Positions 1 to 14,599 of a stretch of 64,000 bases of DNA are shown here, one piece after another (the first letter of the stretch is position 1; each line of letters begins with the position of its first letter). Source of the stretch: Octopus vulgaris (taxonomy: Eukaryota). The translations under genes and the position numbers were made by a program. The stretch spans positions 2,666,001-2,730,000 of the forward strand of contig OX597838.1 in the NCBI GenBank assembly GCA_951406725.2. The letters run 5' to 3'. Under the pieces are notes generated by a model. It saw only the letters and a list, made by a program, of their open reading frames with translations, did no database searches and had not been told where the DNA came from.

Positions 1-70
1 TTGCTGCTGAGCGTTTTGTCCAGCTAGCTAACGACTCTGCGAGCTCATCACACCCTAAATAATATCAATT

Positions 71-290
71 TCAAATTTTGGCACAAGGCCAGCAAGTCTG
101 GGGGAGGAGACAAATCGGTTACATCGACCCTAATGCATAACTGGTATTTATTTCATCGACCCCCCCCCCCCGAAAGGGATGAAAAGGTAAGTCGACCTTG
201 ACGGGATTTGAAATCAGAACGTAAAGAGCCGGAAGAAAAGCTGCTAAGCATTTTGTCCAGAGCGCAAACGGTTCTGTCAGCTCACACGCT
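71..290 (-). mobile_element. tRNA-derived SINE, family A (diverged); a further partial copy at 1-47
   Basis: Reverse complement of the family A copy at 35523: central gtcgatgaaataaataccagtt...gtcgatgtaaccg and tail gccttgtgccaaaatttga. Confidence 0.8.
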
Positions 291-1381
291 TAATAATATT
301 AAGAGCAATAACCAATATTCATCATGTTCTCAATATTGCCACCCAATTTTCTACTCCATCAACAGTTACACCTCCATATTTCTGAGGTATACGCAGCCAT
401 GTGGGCAGGGCACCTACGCCTACATTTGTCTCCTCCATTAGTTTTATTGCAGGTTTATTTTGTTGTTTCTGTTGTTATTTTAATACTTGTTGTTGTAGTT
501 ATTATTGTTGTTGTTGTTGTTGTTGTAGTGTCTGCGTTGTGTGGTTTTTATTTATTATGTTGTATAGTATTTGTATTTCGTATGTGATATGTGTTGTATA
601 ATCAGTGTAATGTGTGTTAATGTCGGAAGGTGGTTCTGTAGAATATGTACACCACCGCCGCTGCTGCTGCTGCCGCTGCTATCTTTGTTGTTGTTGTTGT
701 TGTTGTGATGCTTTTTATATTAATGGATGCCAACAGTAAAGCGAGGATTGTTGGCGATTCTCTATCTTATTCATATTATTATCAATAACATTCTCTTTTC
801 CTTTTTTTTTTTTCATGCCGAAACAAATTTTATTTTCAATATTAGGGTCCAATTTATCATCCTATCATTGGAATTATAGAATGGATATTGCTCTGAAAGT
901 CTTTGAATGTGCGATGCTTCTCTCTCTCTCTTGCAATAAAATCCCCTTTTTTCTTCCATTTTTTGTTTTTGCATTTTCACAAAAAATTTTCCTACTGACT
1001 GGCTTTTAAAATTTCTATAGTAATCAGCGAAACAGCAAGAGCGAAAAATTGTTAATGTGTTTTTCGTGTTTGTACGTTTGTCGTTTTTTTTATGTTTATT
1101 TTTATTTTCTTTCTCTCTCTCTCTCTCTCTGTTTCTTCCTTTCTTCCTTCCTTCCTTTCTTTCTTCCTTCCTTCCTTCCTTTCTTTCTTTCTTTCTTTCT
1201 TTCCTTTGTAGATTCTCTATAGACAAATTGTACAGAACTCAAAAGTTTGACTTTGTTATATTTGTCAAATGTCGTTCTGACATAATCCTTATAGATGAAT
1301 AATTAGTCTCCGAGAGATGGCGCTGTTTGTTTGACCTTTTTAACATTGCAACTCCAACCACCTCAACATCTACCTCGCCAA

Positions 1382-1451
<70 letters not shown>

Positions 1452-2286
1452 CACACACAGACTCATCCACACATACACAAACACACACCTCAACGCAAAC
1501 ACTCACACACGAACAATACAATATTCTTTATTTCTCTCCAACACAAGACATCTTCCAATCCAGTTCTGAATGTTGTTTTATTTTCTTTTATATTGTTGTA
1601 AAGAATTCGTTCGTTTTAGAAATGGCGAGCTGTTTGTATGTCGACGTCGATGTCAACTCTCCATCGATGACTGTGTTTGAATTGATGAAATATTATATTA
1701 CACTATAATATCATTTTGTATTAGTAACAGCAGCAGCATTGTAGTCCGACCTAAAGTTGTTGTATAAGTTTGACCTATTTAATTAACACATAACCTCGCC
1801 AACTTGCAAACTTTCATCTTTACAACGAAAGCGATAAATTTAAATAGATTCGCTCAGCTCTGTTATCAATATATATCTTTTGCTTTTATAGTCTTATAGT
1901 AAAACGCTTTTTAATAGCTGTTTCTGTGAAACTCAAGCTCGTCCGGTCTTGCTACGAACATTAGATATTTGTGTTGACGTCAGTGAAATACCTTCCAGAT
2001 ATTACCTCCAGTCATAATGGCATGGCTATTCACAATATCCTGTTTCAGGACGTCTCTTTAAAAGATTTTGATTATTTTTATCTATTAACTTGTCTTATCG
2101 TGTGACTAGAATCAGTCTTATTCTATTAACTTCCGAGAGGAGACCATCGTTCCTGCGAACAGACTGAAGCATACGTCTAAATACAAGATGTTTAAACGTC
2201 TGCCGACCGATTGATATATATATACGTACGCAAGCCTCTCTATGTGTATACTTATACATGTGTATATATGTATACATATATATATA

Positions 2287-2340
<54 letters not shown>

Positions 2341-2894
2341 CATGTATATATTAATATACATACACCAACATATGCATATGTATGTATGCATATATGCATA
2401 TATATGTGTGCGCGTGTGTGTATGTATATATATATATATATATATATACATACACAGAGAAAGAGACGTGTATGTCTGAGGCAGAGAGATAAGACAGTAT
2501 ATATAAGTGCATATAAATAGATATGTGCGTGTACGTGAGTGTGTTTAAGTGCTGTGTGCGTATGTGTGTATATATATACGCATACACCCACCCACATCCA
2601 TATTAGATTTCATGGGCCGACACTTATGATTTCTACAAGTAATATAGATACATACATACATTTACACGCACACACACACACACACACGCACATATATATG
2701 TTAATATACATATATATATATATGTGTGTATCTGCACATGTATGCGCGTATATGCGCATGCGTGTGTCTGAATGCGAGTCTGTGTGTATATGCCTGTGTA
2801 AGACATTTTACTTTATGGTCGCCATTAAAGGAAGAGATAATCATTGATATTTTGAGAGGAAAAAGCAACAAAAAAATAATTCTCTAATTTTCTT

Positions 2895-4600
<1,706 letters not shown>

Positions 4601-5639
4601 CTAGAAGTGAATGACAATCTGTGACCTTCCCTCCCGACATCCAACTTTATTAAAGCTCTGGGTTTCTTTTCTTTTTTTTTTTTTTTTGTTCTTTCTAAAG
4701 TATGCTGTATTTTTATAAGGAATTAGAATTTGGAGACTATCTCCTCCTATTTATATTCCGTGCGTTTGAAACGATTCTTCTTCTGTTAAGTACCATTCTT
4801 CACAGGCGTTCATGCCATAACGAAGATCACACGAACATTATATTTTCCTGAGTTATTAAGCTCAGCATTAGCGTTAATATTTACAATATACATACACACA
4901 CATATATATATATACACACCAATATATATACATACATACACACAACACATGCACACACACATTCATGCACCTGCGCACACACACATATACATACATATAT
5001 ATATTTATATATATATATATATATATATATAAACATTTACTTATATATATATATATATTTATATATATATTTCCATATTGTTACTCGACAGGTTGATACT
5101 CTCAGTATCATCAACTGTTTTATATCAGTATAGTTATAGGAGAAAGGATGTAGACAAGGATCTTGTGCGGTCCAGGATGAGAACGATGCTGATCGTAGAG
5201 ATGTATCATAACCTGGAAGCAAATGTCGCACGTCGTACCTACCAAATCCTCTAGGACAAGTCCTAGTTCAACTTGAACTGATCTTTAATATCATTAATGT
5301 TACGATAGATGTAAAAATAAATGACACCTTTCCCCGAATTGTAAGGCGCCAGGCATTCTTTTTAAGAGAGAACTGAGGCAACTAACGAAAAAGTTTTGCT
5401 GCCCGTAAACCTCATCAACTTATAACAAAGTGACAACCAACTACGTCAGACGAGTAAAGTAGAATGCAAAATACGATGGCCAGATTTAAACGCAGAAAAA
5501 CACTGCGATGGAAGCAAAGTAAAGCACAAGAAATATCCAAAACACGATGCCAAGTGCAAATGTAGATCAAATGAGGCCATAACTGTTGCTCAATCGCATT
5601 GGATTGAGAGCAGAGACGGAAGGTGTGATACTCAACAAT

Positions 5640-6033
5640 TCGGGATCCATAACACTATTCTTTTATTTTAAAGTTTCATCCACGACTGCATTTCGACCAA
5701 GAAGACGAGCTGCGGGAAAGCGCGACACACAAAAAGCGACCACACCTGTTCACCGTCGTCTATGGAGCGCCGGAGATGTCGCAGTCATCAGCTCATGTCA
5801 TCAACCACGGCATGCCTGGCCCTCCATTTAGCCGGTGTTGACAGCAAATGGATCGTCTAACCATCGGAACGCTTCCCTTCCACAAGAAGCGGAAGAATAT
5901 GCATTCCAGTTTGTTGATAGTAGGGTCGGGGCAAGGCACGACAGTCGGACAGTACTCGATGACGGATGTGATGTACGCATTCGTCACCTCCGCCCGACCT
6001 TTTAGGGACAGCTTCCTCTCGGCCCATTGCTGA
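5640..6033 (-). mobile_element. L1/Tx1-like non-LTR retrotransposon ORF2 fragment (post-RT region), degenerate
   Basis: Translation [25 protein letters not shown]...[13 protein letters not shown]...[18 protein letters not shown] fits the L1/Tx1 pattern W..R.LS..GR..V.N...FLW.G.......GGLG.P; the 5' end abuts (ATCT)n. Confidence 0.8.
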
Positions 6034-6040
6034 TAGATGA

Positions 6041-6128
<88 letters not shown>

Positions 6129-6290
6129 GCAGGCACGCAGGCAGGCAGGTAGGTAGGTAGGTAGGTAGGTAGGTAGGTAGGTAGGTAGGTAGGTACGTAG
6201 GTAGGTACGTAGGTACGTAGGTAGGTAGGTAGGTAGGTAGGTAGGTGTTGGGTGGATAGATGGATAGATAAATAGATAGATAGATACATA
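6034..6290. repeat. (GATA)n/(GGTA)n compound tetranucleotide microsatellite
   Basis: Direct. Confidence 0.95.
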
Positions 6291-6394
6291 CATACAAACA
6301 TACACATAAATACATACAAACATATGTGTGAGTGTGTGCGGATGTATACGTAGAGAGAGGGAGTTGTTATATATATATATATATACATCTATAA

Positions 6395-6487
<93 letters not shown>

Positions 6488-6521
6488 CGTGTGTGTATTT
6501 GTGTATATGAACGTGTGTGCA

Positions 6522-6665
6522 TCATGTATATGATGCACATATCTACACACTTGCATTCGCCTATAAGCATAGACAAAAATATGCATTCATATATAAATGA
6601 ATGCATATTTTTGTCTATGCTTATAGGCGAATGCAAGTGTGTAGATATGTGCATTATATACATGA
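6522..6665. repeat. Near-perfect palindrome with 69-bp arms and a 6-bp spacer
   Basis: 6522-6590 is the reverse complement of 6597-6665 with one mismatch. Confidence 0.95.
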
Positions 6666-6727
6666 CTACAGACGTCTGTAGGCGTGTGTAGAAGTGAGTG
6701 CATATGGGTGGAGAAGCATGTTAGTGT

Positions 6728-6770
<43 letters not shown>

Positions 6771-7170
6771 TGTGTGTGTGTGTATGTGTGTGTGTGTGTG
6801 TATGTTTGTAACGTAGATGTCACTATAGATAGTCATTAATATGGCAAAGTTGCCATCATGTAAATTCCATTAAGCGAAAGAGGAAGGGTGAGAGGAGACA
6901 GTGAACGGAGGGCCACATAAACATAGTTTTCCCTCTCACAATATCGACCACAATCCTCTCTCTCTTTCTGTCTCCCTCTCTTTTTTTCACTCTCTCTCTC
7001 TGTCTTTCTCTCTCTACGTACACATTGTCACATATATATGCATAAAGATGTATAAACATACACCTATATATATATAGACATAACTATGGTTACACGTACA
7101 CACACGTGTTTACATATACACACGTACACAAGTATATATATATATATGTAGATATATACATAAATGCATG

Positions 7171-7224
<54 letters not shown>

Positions 7225-7245
7225 TATTTATATATATATGTACGC

Positions 7246-7286
<41 letters not shown>

Positions 7287-7895
7287 TTCACAAATAAGGC
7301 ATATATATCCACGTCCACACATGCGTATATACATACATACATAAACACTCACACACACACTCACACACACACACGCATGTGTGCACGTCCATATACACCC
7401 AGTATCACCTGGTTGGAATTTTGCCAAACATGTAAATAGTGGCGTTGGGTTTCAAAGAGACGAGGAAACCGATAAATTCTGTGTGTATGTCTGTATGTGT
7501 GCATGTGTGTGTATGCATGTGTGTATATCAATCTTTACGTAAACGTGTACGTGCGTGTGTACGTGTTTGTTTATATATGTGTGTGTGTGTGTTGGTATGT
7601 GTAGGTGTGTATATGTGTGCGGTTCTGTTGTGATTCATTGTCTTCTTTTGTTTTTATTATTATACGGGTTTTTTTTGCGTTTTGTGTTGTTTCTTTGCTT
7701 TCCCTCCCCCCCCCCAACAAAATCCACTCCACCAGGTTAAAAGACAAACAGACAGAACGTGTTAAAAGGCGGGAATTAGAGAAAGCAAATGGTGGATGGC
7801 AGAAGATCGCTTTCAAAGAGCCAACAGCAATTCAAATACATTGAAAATGTGTGCATATACCTAGACATATAATTGGATGTGTGTGTGTGTGTGTG

Positions 7896-8287
7896 TACGA
7901 AGAGTGCTGTAATGTTTCTGGCTTCAAAGATATCACGAAGGGCCTGGATGGAGACCCAATTTTCCGAGTTCTTTTACAGGGCTTAGAAAAACTAAAGGAC
8001 CGCTGCAAAAAGTGTGTGAATCTGAGAGGAGAAAATGTTGAATAAAATCCTAATTAACTGATTTTCGTGTGTATTTTCTTTTATTTTTGGACTTGGTTTA
8101 CAAGATTCTTTGTGTGAGTTTGTGTGTTGAAGCATATTCTGTTGTGTCTGGGGAGAGTCATTTTCTCTTTGTGGAAATTTTACCGGTGAATGTGTTAAAT
8201 TATGAGGCACCAACAGAAAATGACTCTCCCCAGACACTCCTGTGTTTTCTTTTACCCGAAGCCAGGAACTTTTCAGTACCCTCTCGT
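7896..8287 (+). mobile_element. Mariner-derived MITE (copy 1), interrupted by a ~175 bp insertion at ~8064-8237
   Basis: TIR-like ends tacgaagagtgctgtaatgtttctggc and gccaggaacttttcagtaccctctcgt; retains the transposase C-terminus GLEKLKDRCKKCVNLRGENVE*; colinear with the copy at 42519-42740. Confidence 0.8.
8064..8237. mobile_element. Short insertion with an internal 23-bp perfect inverted repeat (8144-8166 / 8215-8237)
   Basis: gtgtctggggagagtcattttct and agaaaatgactctccccagacac; the segment is absent from MITE copy 2. Confidence 0.7.
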
Positions 8288-8294
8288 GTTTATA

Positions 8295-8553
8295 TACGTG
8301 GTCTGATCAATAAGCACCCGGACTGTTGCTATAGCAACGAAGCTAAAATACCCAGAGTGAAGCCGCTTGGGACAGGCTGACCTTGAACTCTGTCGTACAT
8401 GTGCACTAAGTTTTAACGTTCAAGATCACTTCCGCTGTTTACAGCAGTGCTTGGAAGGAAAGTGTGTAGCGTGTGATTGTCGCATTGACCATGACAGAGA
8501 AAGTTGAGCAGAGAATCTGCATCGAATTTTGCCAAAAGCTTGGTGTGACACCA
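8295..8553 (+). mobile_element. Mariner 5' end (TIR, leader and transposase N-terminus), truncated
   Basis: TA-initiated TIR tacgtggtctgatcaataag; ATG at 8491 gives MTEKVEQRICIEFCQKLG (mariner EQR..IKFC.KLG); leader homologous to 62730-62895 on the minus strand. Confidence 0.75.
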
Positions 8554-9149
8554 AGATAGATATCTCTGTCTATGTATATATGTATGCATATACAAGAGTG
8601 TGTATGTGTATGTATATGTATGTATATGTGTGTGTGTGTGTATTGTGTGTATATATATATATATGTGTGTGTGTGTGTGCGTTGTGTGTATGTATATATA
8701 TATATGTATGTATATTTGCATATATATTTGTGCATATATATATATATACAAAGTTGTGGTCTTTGCTTAAAAGAAGCTCTCAAAATTCTAATCCACATCT
8801 CACCACAATTGCGTAATAAATACAACGCGGCCTTCACTACGTGTAAGCAAAAATTCATCCGTATTTTGATATTCTTTCATAAATCTAAATATAACCCTAC
8901 CGCCCGCGAATAGTACCCACATACAAACCCTTATGATCATTAACGCATACTCCATCTATATCCCTATAACTCTTATTTCTATCTTATGTCTTTCCTCTCT
9001 TCTCTCTACCTTACTTCATCCCACTCTGAGATAAATATTAATTTTTTACTTCATCCTCAATTTATTTTTAAACCTTAATCCAATAAATCTCTTAATATAA
9101 ATCCCCTAACTCTAACTTCGAACAAAAAACAAAACAAGTGTGGTGTTTT

Positions 9150-9295
9150 GTCAAAGCCTTTTGCATTCAGAGTCCGAATTCTGACCCGGTCAACTCTGGC
9201 TTTTAATTTCCCCAGATCGATCACCTGTCAACCACTGAAGTGTAATTATTCAACTCTAGCCACACCCACCCCAGTCAATTGTTTGACCAAAAGAT
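9150..9295 (+). mobile_element. Degenerate SINE family A fragment
   Basis: gcattcagagtccgaattctgacccggtcaactctggctttt...gatcgat resembles the family A B-box and central region. Confidence 0.45.
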
Positions 9296-9692
9296 CGATA
9301 TTTCTTGAGATAAAATCAACAACATATCAGGCAGTGCGAATGAAATTTAATAAAGTCTAAGATGGATTGTGGATTTAGTCACTATTCTCTCTCTCTCCCT
9401 CTTTCCATTCCCAAACCGGTCAACAGTACCAACAAGGAATAATAAGGACACGAATCACCATACCATGTGATTTTTACAAGAAAACTATTTGAGCAGCAAG
9501 AACTGATCATTACCAGAGTTGATTATAATTTCTAATTTATTTCCCATTTTCTTTCCATTTTCCCATTCTATTCCAGCATGAGAAGGCCGTCATAAACGCC
9601 AGAAACCCTGGCTTACCCTTCTTCATCCGAAAGCTGACCCCTTGTGCCAAAATTATGAATAAATGTATTTTAGAGGATTAAGCTGCTAGATA

Positions 9693-10006
9693 GTGGAGGC
9701 GCAATGGCCCAGTGGTCAGGGAAGCGGACTTGCGGTCAGAGGATCACGGTTTCGATTCCCAGACCGAGCGTTGTGTGTGTTTATTGAGCGAAGACACCTA
9801 AAAGCTCCTTTAGACTCTGGCAGGGGTGGTGGTGACCCCTGTTGTACTCTTTCGCCACAACTTCCTCTCACTCTCTCTTCTTGTTTCTTGAGTAACGCTG
9901 CGATGGACTGGCGACCCGTCCAGCTGGGGGGGAACACATACACCACAGAAACCAGGAAACCGGGCCCATGAGCCTGGCTAGGCTTGAAAAGGGCGAAAGG
10001 AAAGGA
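9693..10006 (+). mobile_element. Full-length tRNA-derived SINE, family C (V-domain-like centre), with 13-bp TSD
   Basis: A-box tggcccagtgg and B-box ggtttcgattcc; central gcgatggactggcgacccgtccag; (GGAAA) tail; TSD aagctgctagata at 9680-9692 and 10007-10019. Confidence 0.9.
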
Positions 10007-10399
10007 AAGCTGCTAGATATTTCCAGTCGTCGTATTTCGATAAAACTGAGACGGGATCGTTTCACCATAAATTTGTTTGGCTGCCCTTAGCTTAACCAGA
10101 ATGCTGTACCTGTTGGAGAGAATGGGGATAACGTGAACTTCACATTAAATCAATTCTTATGTAATAATACCAGTAATATTATGAACCCCTGGGAGATGAA
10201 AAAGACAAGCTGACCCAGACAAGCAGTCAAGCTCAGGTGATAGGAAAAAGTGTCTAAAATAAATTATATTTATTGATTTAAATTTCAATTCATTTATTTT
10301 CCCCATGGGAGAGCCTCTGTATGATTGCTCAACATACTAGAAAAAGTTGTGGAAATTCATCAAAAAAGACTCTAGTTTATTAACAATAATCTAGTATTT

Positions 10400-10590
10400 C
10401 TAATTGTGGCACAAGTCCGGTAATTTTGAGGGGATGGGCAAGTGGATTACATCGACCTTAGTGCTTAACTGGTATTTATTTTAACGACTCCGAAATTCTA
10501 AAAGTTCTAAGTTGGCTTCGGTGTGATTTGAACACAGAAAGAAAAGAGCCGAAACTAAGGATGCCAAGCATGTTTTCCGGTGTGCTAAGG
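10400..10590 (-). mobile_element. SINE family A, diverged
   Basis: tggcacaag...gattacatcgacc...aactggtatttattt...gatttgaac matches family A in antisense. Confidence 0.7.
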
Positions 10591-10793
10591 ACACATTGAA
10601 CTTTTTAATGTTACATAAATAGAGAAAATGTGACGGTCACGACTGGAACTTAGTTTATAGTCGGTCTACACGTTCAGCGCCGGTGAAACGACAGGTTATA
10701 CAAAACACTCGGATCATAAGACATATTATGAAGGAATTAGTATTTCCAAGAAGCGAAATACAATTAGGAATATCATATCACACACGCGAACAC

Positions 10794-10869
<76 letters not shown>

Positions 10870-10871
<2 letters not shown>

Positions 10872-11281
10872 TCATTTAAAATAAGAAAATGGTGATTGGG
10901 AAGTTAATAATTGTTTATTATTAACAGCAAATTAGTCATCTTCACTTACAGCCGTTTCTATTATTACTCAATAAACAATAAATTTACATTTATGCGACAT
11001 GAGCATAATATCATCAGGGGTAAAAAGATGTAGCTTTGGATGCTGTATGTGTGTTTGTGAATTCATTTAAGCAAAGTGCTAAAATGAATTCAGAAACACA
11101 CATACAGCATCCAAACGTACAACTGTTTAACTCTGTGGATATTATGTTGATGTTGCATAAATGTAAATTTAATATTTATTGAGTAATAACAGAAACGGCT
11201 GTAAGTGAAGATGACTAATTTGCTGTTAATAATAAACAATTATTAACTTCCCAATTTCCTTTTTTTCCCTTTTAAATGAAT
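10870..11281. mobile_element. Palindromic PLE-like repeat with ~179-bp arms (10895-11073 / 11077-11255) and a hammerhead-like motif in each arm
   Basis: The outer 65 bp of the arms are perfectly complementary, the loop is 3 nt, and the element follows a (TA)n tract. Confidence 0.85.
10937..11030 (-). ncRNA. Type-I hammerhead ribozyme-like motif
   Basis: Minus strand reads catctt..ccc CTGATGA [tattatgctca...tgagtaataata stem II] GAAAC ggct GTA ag..aagatg, with canonical core boxes. Confidence 0.6.
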
Positions 11282-11899
11282 ATAAACTATATGGTTATAT
11301 ATATACATATTAGTTTAACGAAATTCATTCCCCACCCCCATTTTACTAGGTATTGAGCCAGTATTTCGGTGTAAAGGTTAGCCACAGATAAAAGGAAAAG
11401 CTCGATACCTGTAGAGCTAAAATGAATCTAAAACATTACCGATGCCAATGTAGGTTTCTGTTTATGTGTTTATCAACTGCGGGATTCATCCAGGTTAACG
11501 TCCCTTTAAGACGTGGAGTGTTATAAAGCACTGAAGACTGATGATATCGATATTTCGTCGTTATTTCAGCTGATCCGTACCGAATACCCAAGTCAACCCG
11601 AAACGAATTTGAATTAGTGATCCGAGGTATATGTGCAGAAAGTGCAAAATCTATCTGCTGATGTGCAACAGCTCCAGACGCAGAATCAAATTCAGGCTAA
11701 ACACTCAACATCGTTACATCAGTGCCACGTTGTCTTCTCTGAGAAAACTGTGTTTATAAGCAGTAAATCCGATCACACGCCAGCTGATTTAAAGGGTAAA
11801 TATATATATATATATATATAGGAACGAGAGAGAATTAGACTCAACACATGAAATTTAGTTAATGCTTGTTGCAAAACAATAAGATATTCGATCCTCTGT

Positions 11900-12200
11900 T
11901 CCACAGAGTTTACCAAAAATATAACCGCGAGGTGTACGGGTGTGACCCTTCTTGACAATTTTATAGGTAGAGTAGAAAGGTGGCAGAAGGGGAGGTCATT
12001 TTTCTTTGGTTGAGACTGATCATGTGATCAGATATTTTTACAGGTTGCATAGCAACAGTGACGCAGATAACCATATTCAAGAAACACAACATTGTGAGAC
12101 TGGATTGGACAGGATCTAAATAAAACCGATTCTTATGAATTCTGACGTGTGGAATATTTGGGAATTTTCCAAGAACGTCCAACGGTGGCAAACATTGGGC
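11900..12200 (-). mobile_element. Possible decayed LINE ORF1 (gag-like zinc knuckles)
   Basis: Frameshifted pieces ...IPHVRIHKNRFYLDP / C-FLEYGYLRHCC..CKN / NCQEGSHP resemble CCHC knuckles of I-like ORF1; weak. Confidence 0.3.
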
Positions 12201-12737
12201 ACTGGTTCTGATCAGTCAAAATATGTCTGTGTGATCTGAACATCTGATACCAGAACACACATCAGAAAAACATAAAAGAACAAACCCATCGCATAATACG
12301 CCAAAAGCACGTCGAAAAAATTTGTTTCCAACTAAGAATAGACTGCTCTTACCATACGTTACTCTTAAGGATCACAAGGCCAATGTCTTGCATAACAGCA
12401 AATTTTGCAAAATTTACCTTTCACCCGCTTTGCCTATAGCTAAATCTGCCAGCGTCGCTTTACATGAACTAACAATGCATCTATACGCATGTATGTATGT
12501 GTGTGTATGTATGTGTGTGTGTGTGTGTATGAATATGTCTTCCTATCTATCATTATTCTTGTGCTCCCTAGCGTTTTCTGTCTGTCTATATTTATCGCCT
12601 TAGTTCTCTCTTAATGTGTCTACCTAACAATCTATATTACAATCAATTTGTCTAACGCCTCTCACTATCATATTCCGTTATCTTTAATCTTCTCACAATA
12701 TACACACACATACGCACACATTTGGCCCCTTCGCTAC

Positions 12738-12769
<32 letters not shown>

Positions 12770-12825
12770 TTTATATTTCATATATGTAATATATATGTGT
12801 ATAAATATGCACGTATAAATGTCTG

Positions 12826-12904
<79 letters not shown>

Positions 12905-13067
12905 CCACATAAATATACAGTCATGTGTACAAGCCACATATACAAATGCGCATACACACATACACACCATTACATAGTCACACATACAATACACCCAACA
13001 ATACGTGCGTGCGCACGCACGTAAAGACATTCACATAAATACTTACAAATTACATACATGTATATAA

Positions 13068-13128
<61 letters not shown>

Positions 13129-13132
13129 TATG

Positions 13133-13164
<32 letters not shown>

Positions 13165-13438
13165 AATATATACATATATATATCCATATATATATATATA
13201 TGTGTGTGTGTGTAGGTACATAAATATGCACATATATACTTATATACACACAGATACAAGTAGACATACGAAGAGAAACCACTCTCATTCCCTTTGTCAC
13301 TACTAATACAAGTGCGCATGCTCAGGCACACATGTACACTTATGCACATAAACACCCACACACATCAAGTACGCACCTACATACACAGACATACTCATTT
13401 ACATACACACATACAGATAGATAGAGAGAGAGAGATAA

Positions 13439-13542
<104 letters not shown>

Positions 13543-14074
13543 GTACATACATACATATGTATACATACATACACGTGTACGAGCATACACACAGACAGCC
13601 CCCCAACCCCGCCCCAGCCACATCATTGTTGTGAAGGTCAGAGACGTGCCCGTATATGTCTCCGGTGTATTGGCTATTTTTATAGAGACGATCTAATTTC
13701 ATTGAGAGATATGATACTCCAGAGGGCGATAAATACGTGCGGCCGCCATAACTGTTATTCCTGGGCTGGGCTGCGCGTGAAAAATAATCAAAAATATATA
13801 CGGCTTGTCCTAGCAAACAGGCATGTAGCATCGCCTGTTCGCTCGTATACACACGCACGCACACCAACAGTTGCACATGCGCACACAATCACGTTTGCAT
13901 ACATAACAGTCACGTGTTCCGGTGTTCAACACTTACATACACTCACATATACACACACACACACACACATTAATCTGTTTAGGTGTGTTTACATTGGTGC
14001 AGGAGGCGGGATGTGTATGAGAGGCTGAACTGATTCCGGAAGCTGAATGTACGGACAAATCTATGTGTGTGTAT

Positions 14075-14105
<31 letters not shown>

Positions 14106-14172
14106 TAGACACATGGAGAGAGGAATATAGATATATATGTACATATGTATGTGCATATGAATGTGTATGTAT

Positions 14173-14207
<35 letters not shown>

Positions 14208-14439
14208 CATACATACATACATGTAAACAAATTTATATATTATACATATCTAACATAGATATATATAAAAATATATGCACACACATAAATAAATGCGCGC
14301 GCGCGTGTGCTAATACCATATTTGTCAAACTTTGTTATTTATTTGCTGTCTTTTGAATATATATTGGCTTTACATAGACAGACACACAGACAGACAGGCA
14401 GGCAGACACACAAACAAATTGATAGATAGAGAGATAGAA

Positions 14440-14482
<43 letters not shown>

Positions 14483-14543
14483 GACAGAGAGAGAGAGATG
14501 GAGAGATGGATAGATAGATTGATTAATCGATTGATTGATTGAC

Positions 14544-14598
<55 letters not shown>

Positions 14599-14599
14599 C

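Noticed and set aside
9693-9770. tRNA genes at SINE heads (also 35523, 49645, 55695)
   Set aside because: A and B boxes are present, but they run into SINE bodies with tails or TSDs and I could not form a full cloverleaf.
11480-11800. Possible gypsy gag-like coiled-coil fragment (QKVQNLSADVQQLQTQ)
   Set aside because: It is short, has no diagnostic motif and no LTRs are visible.
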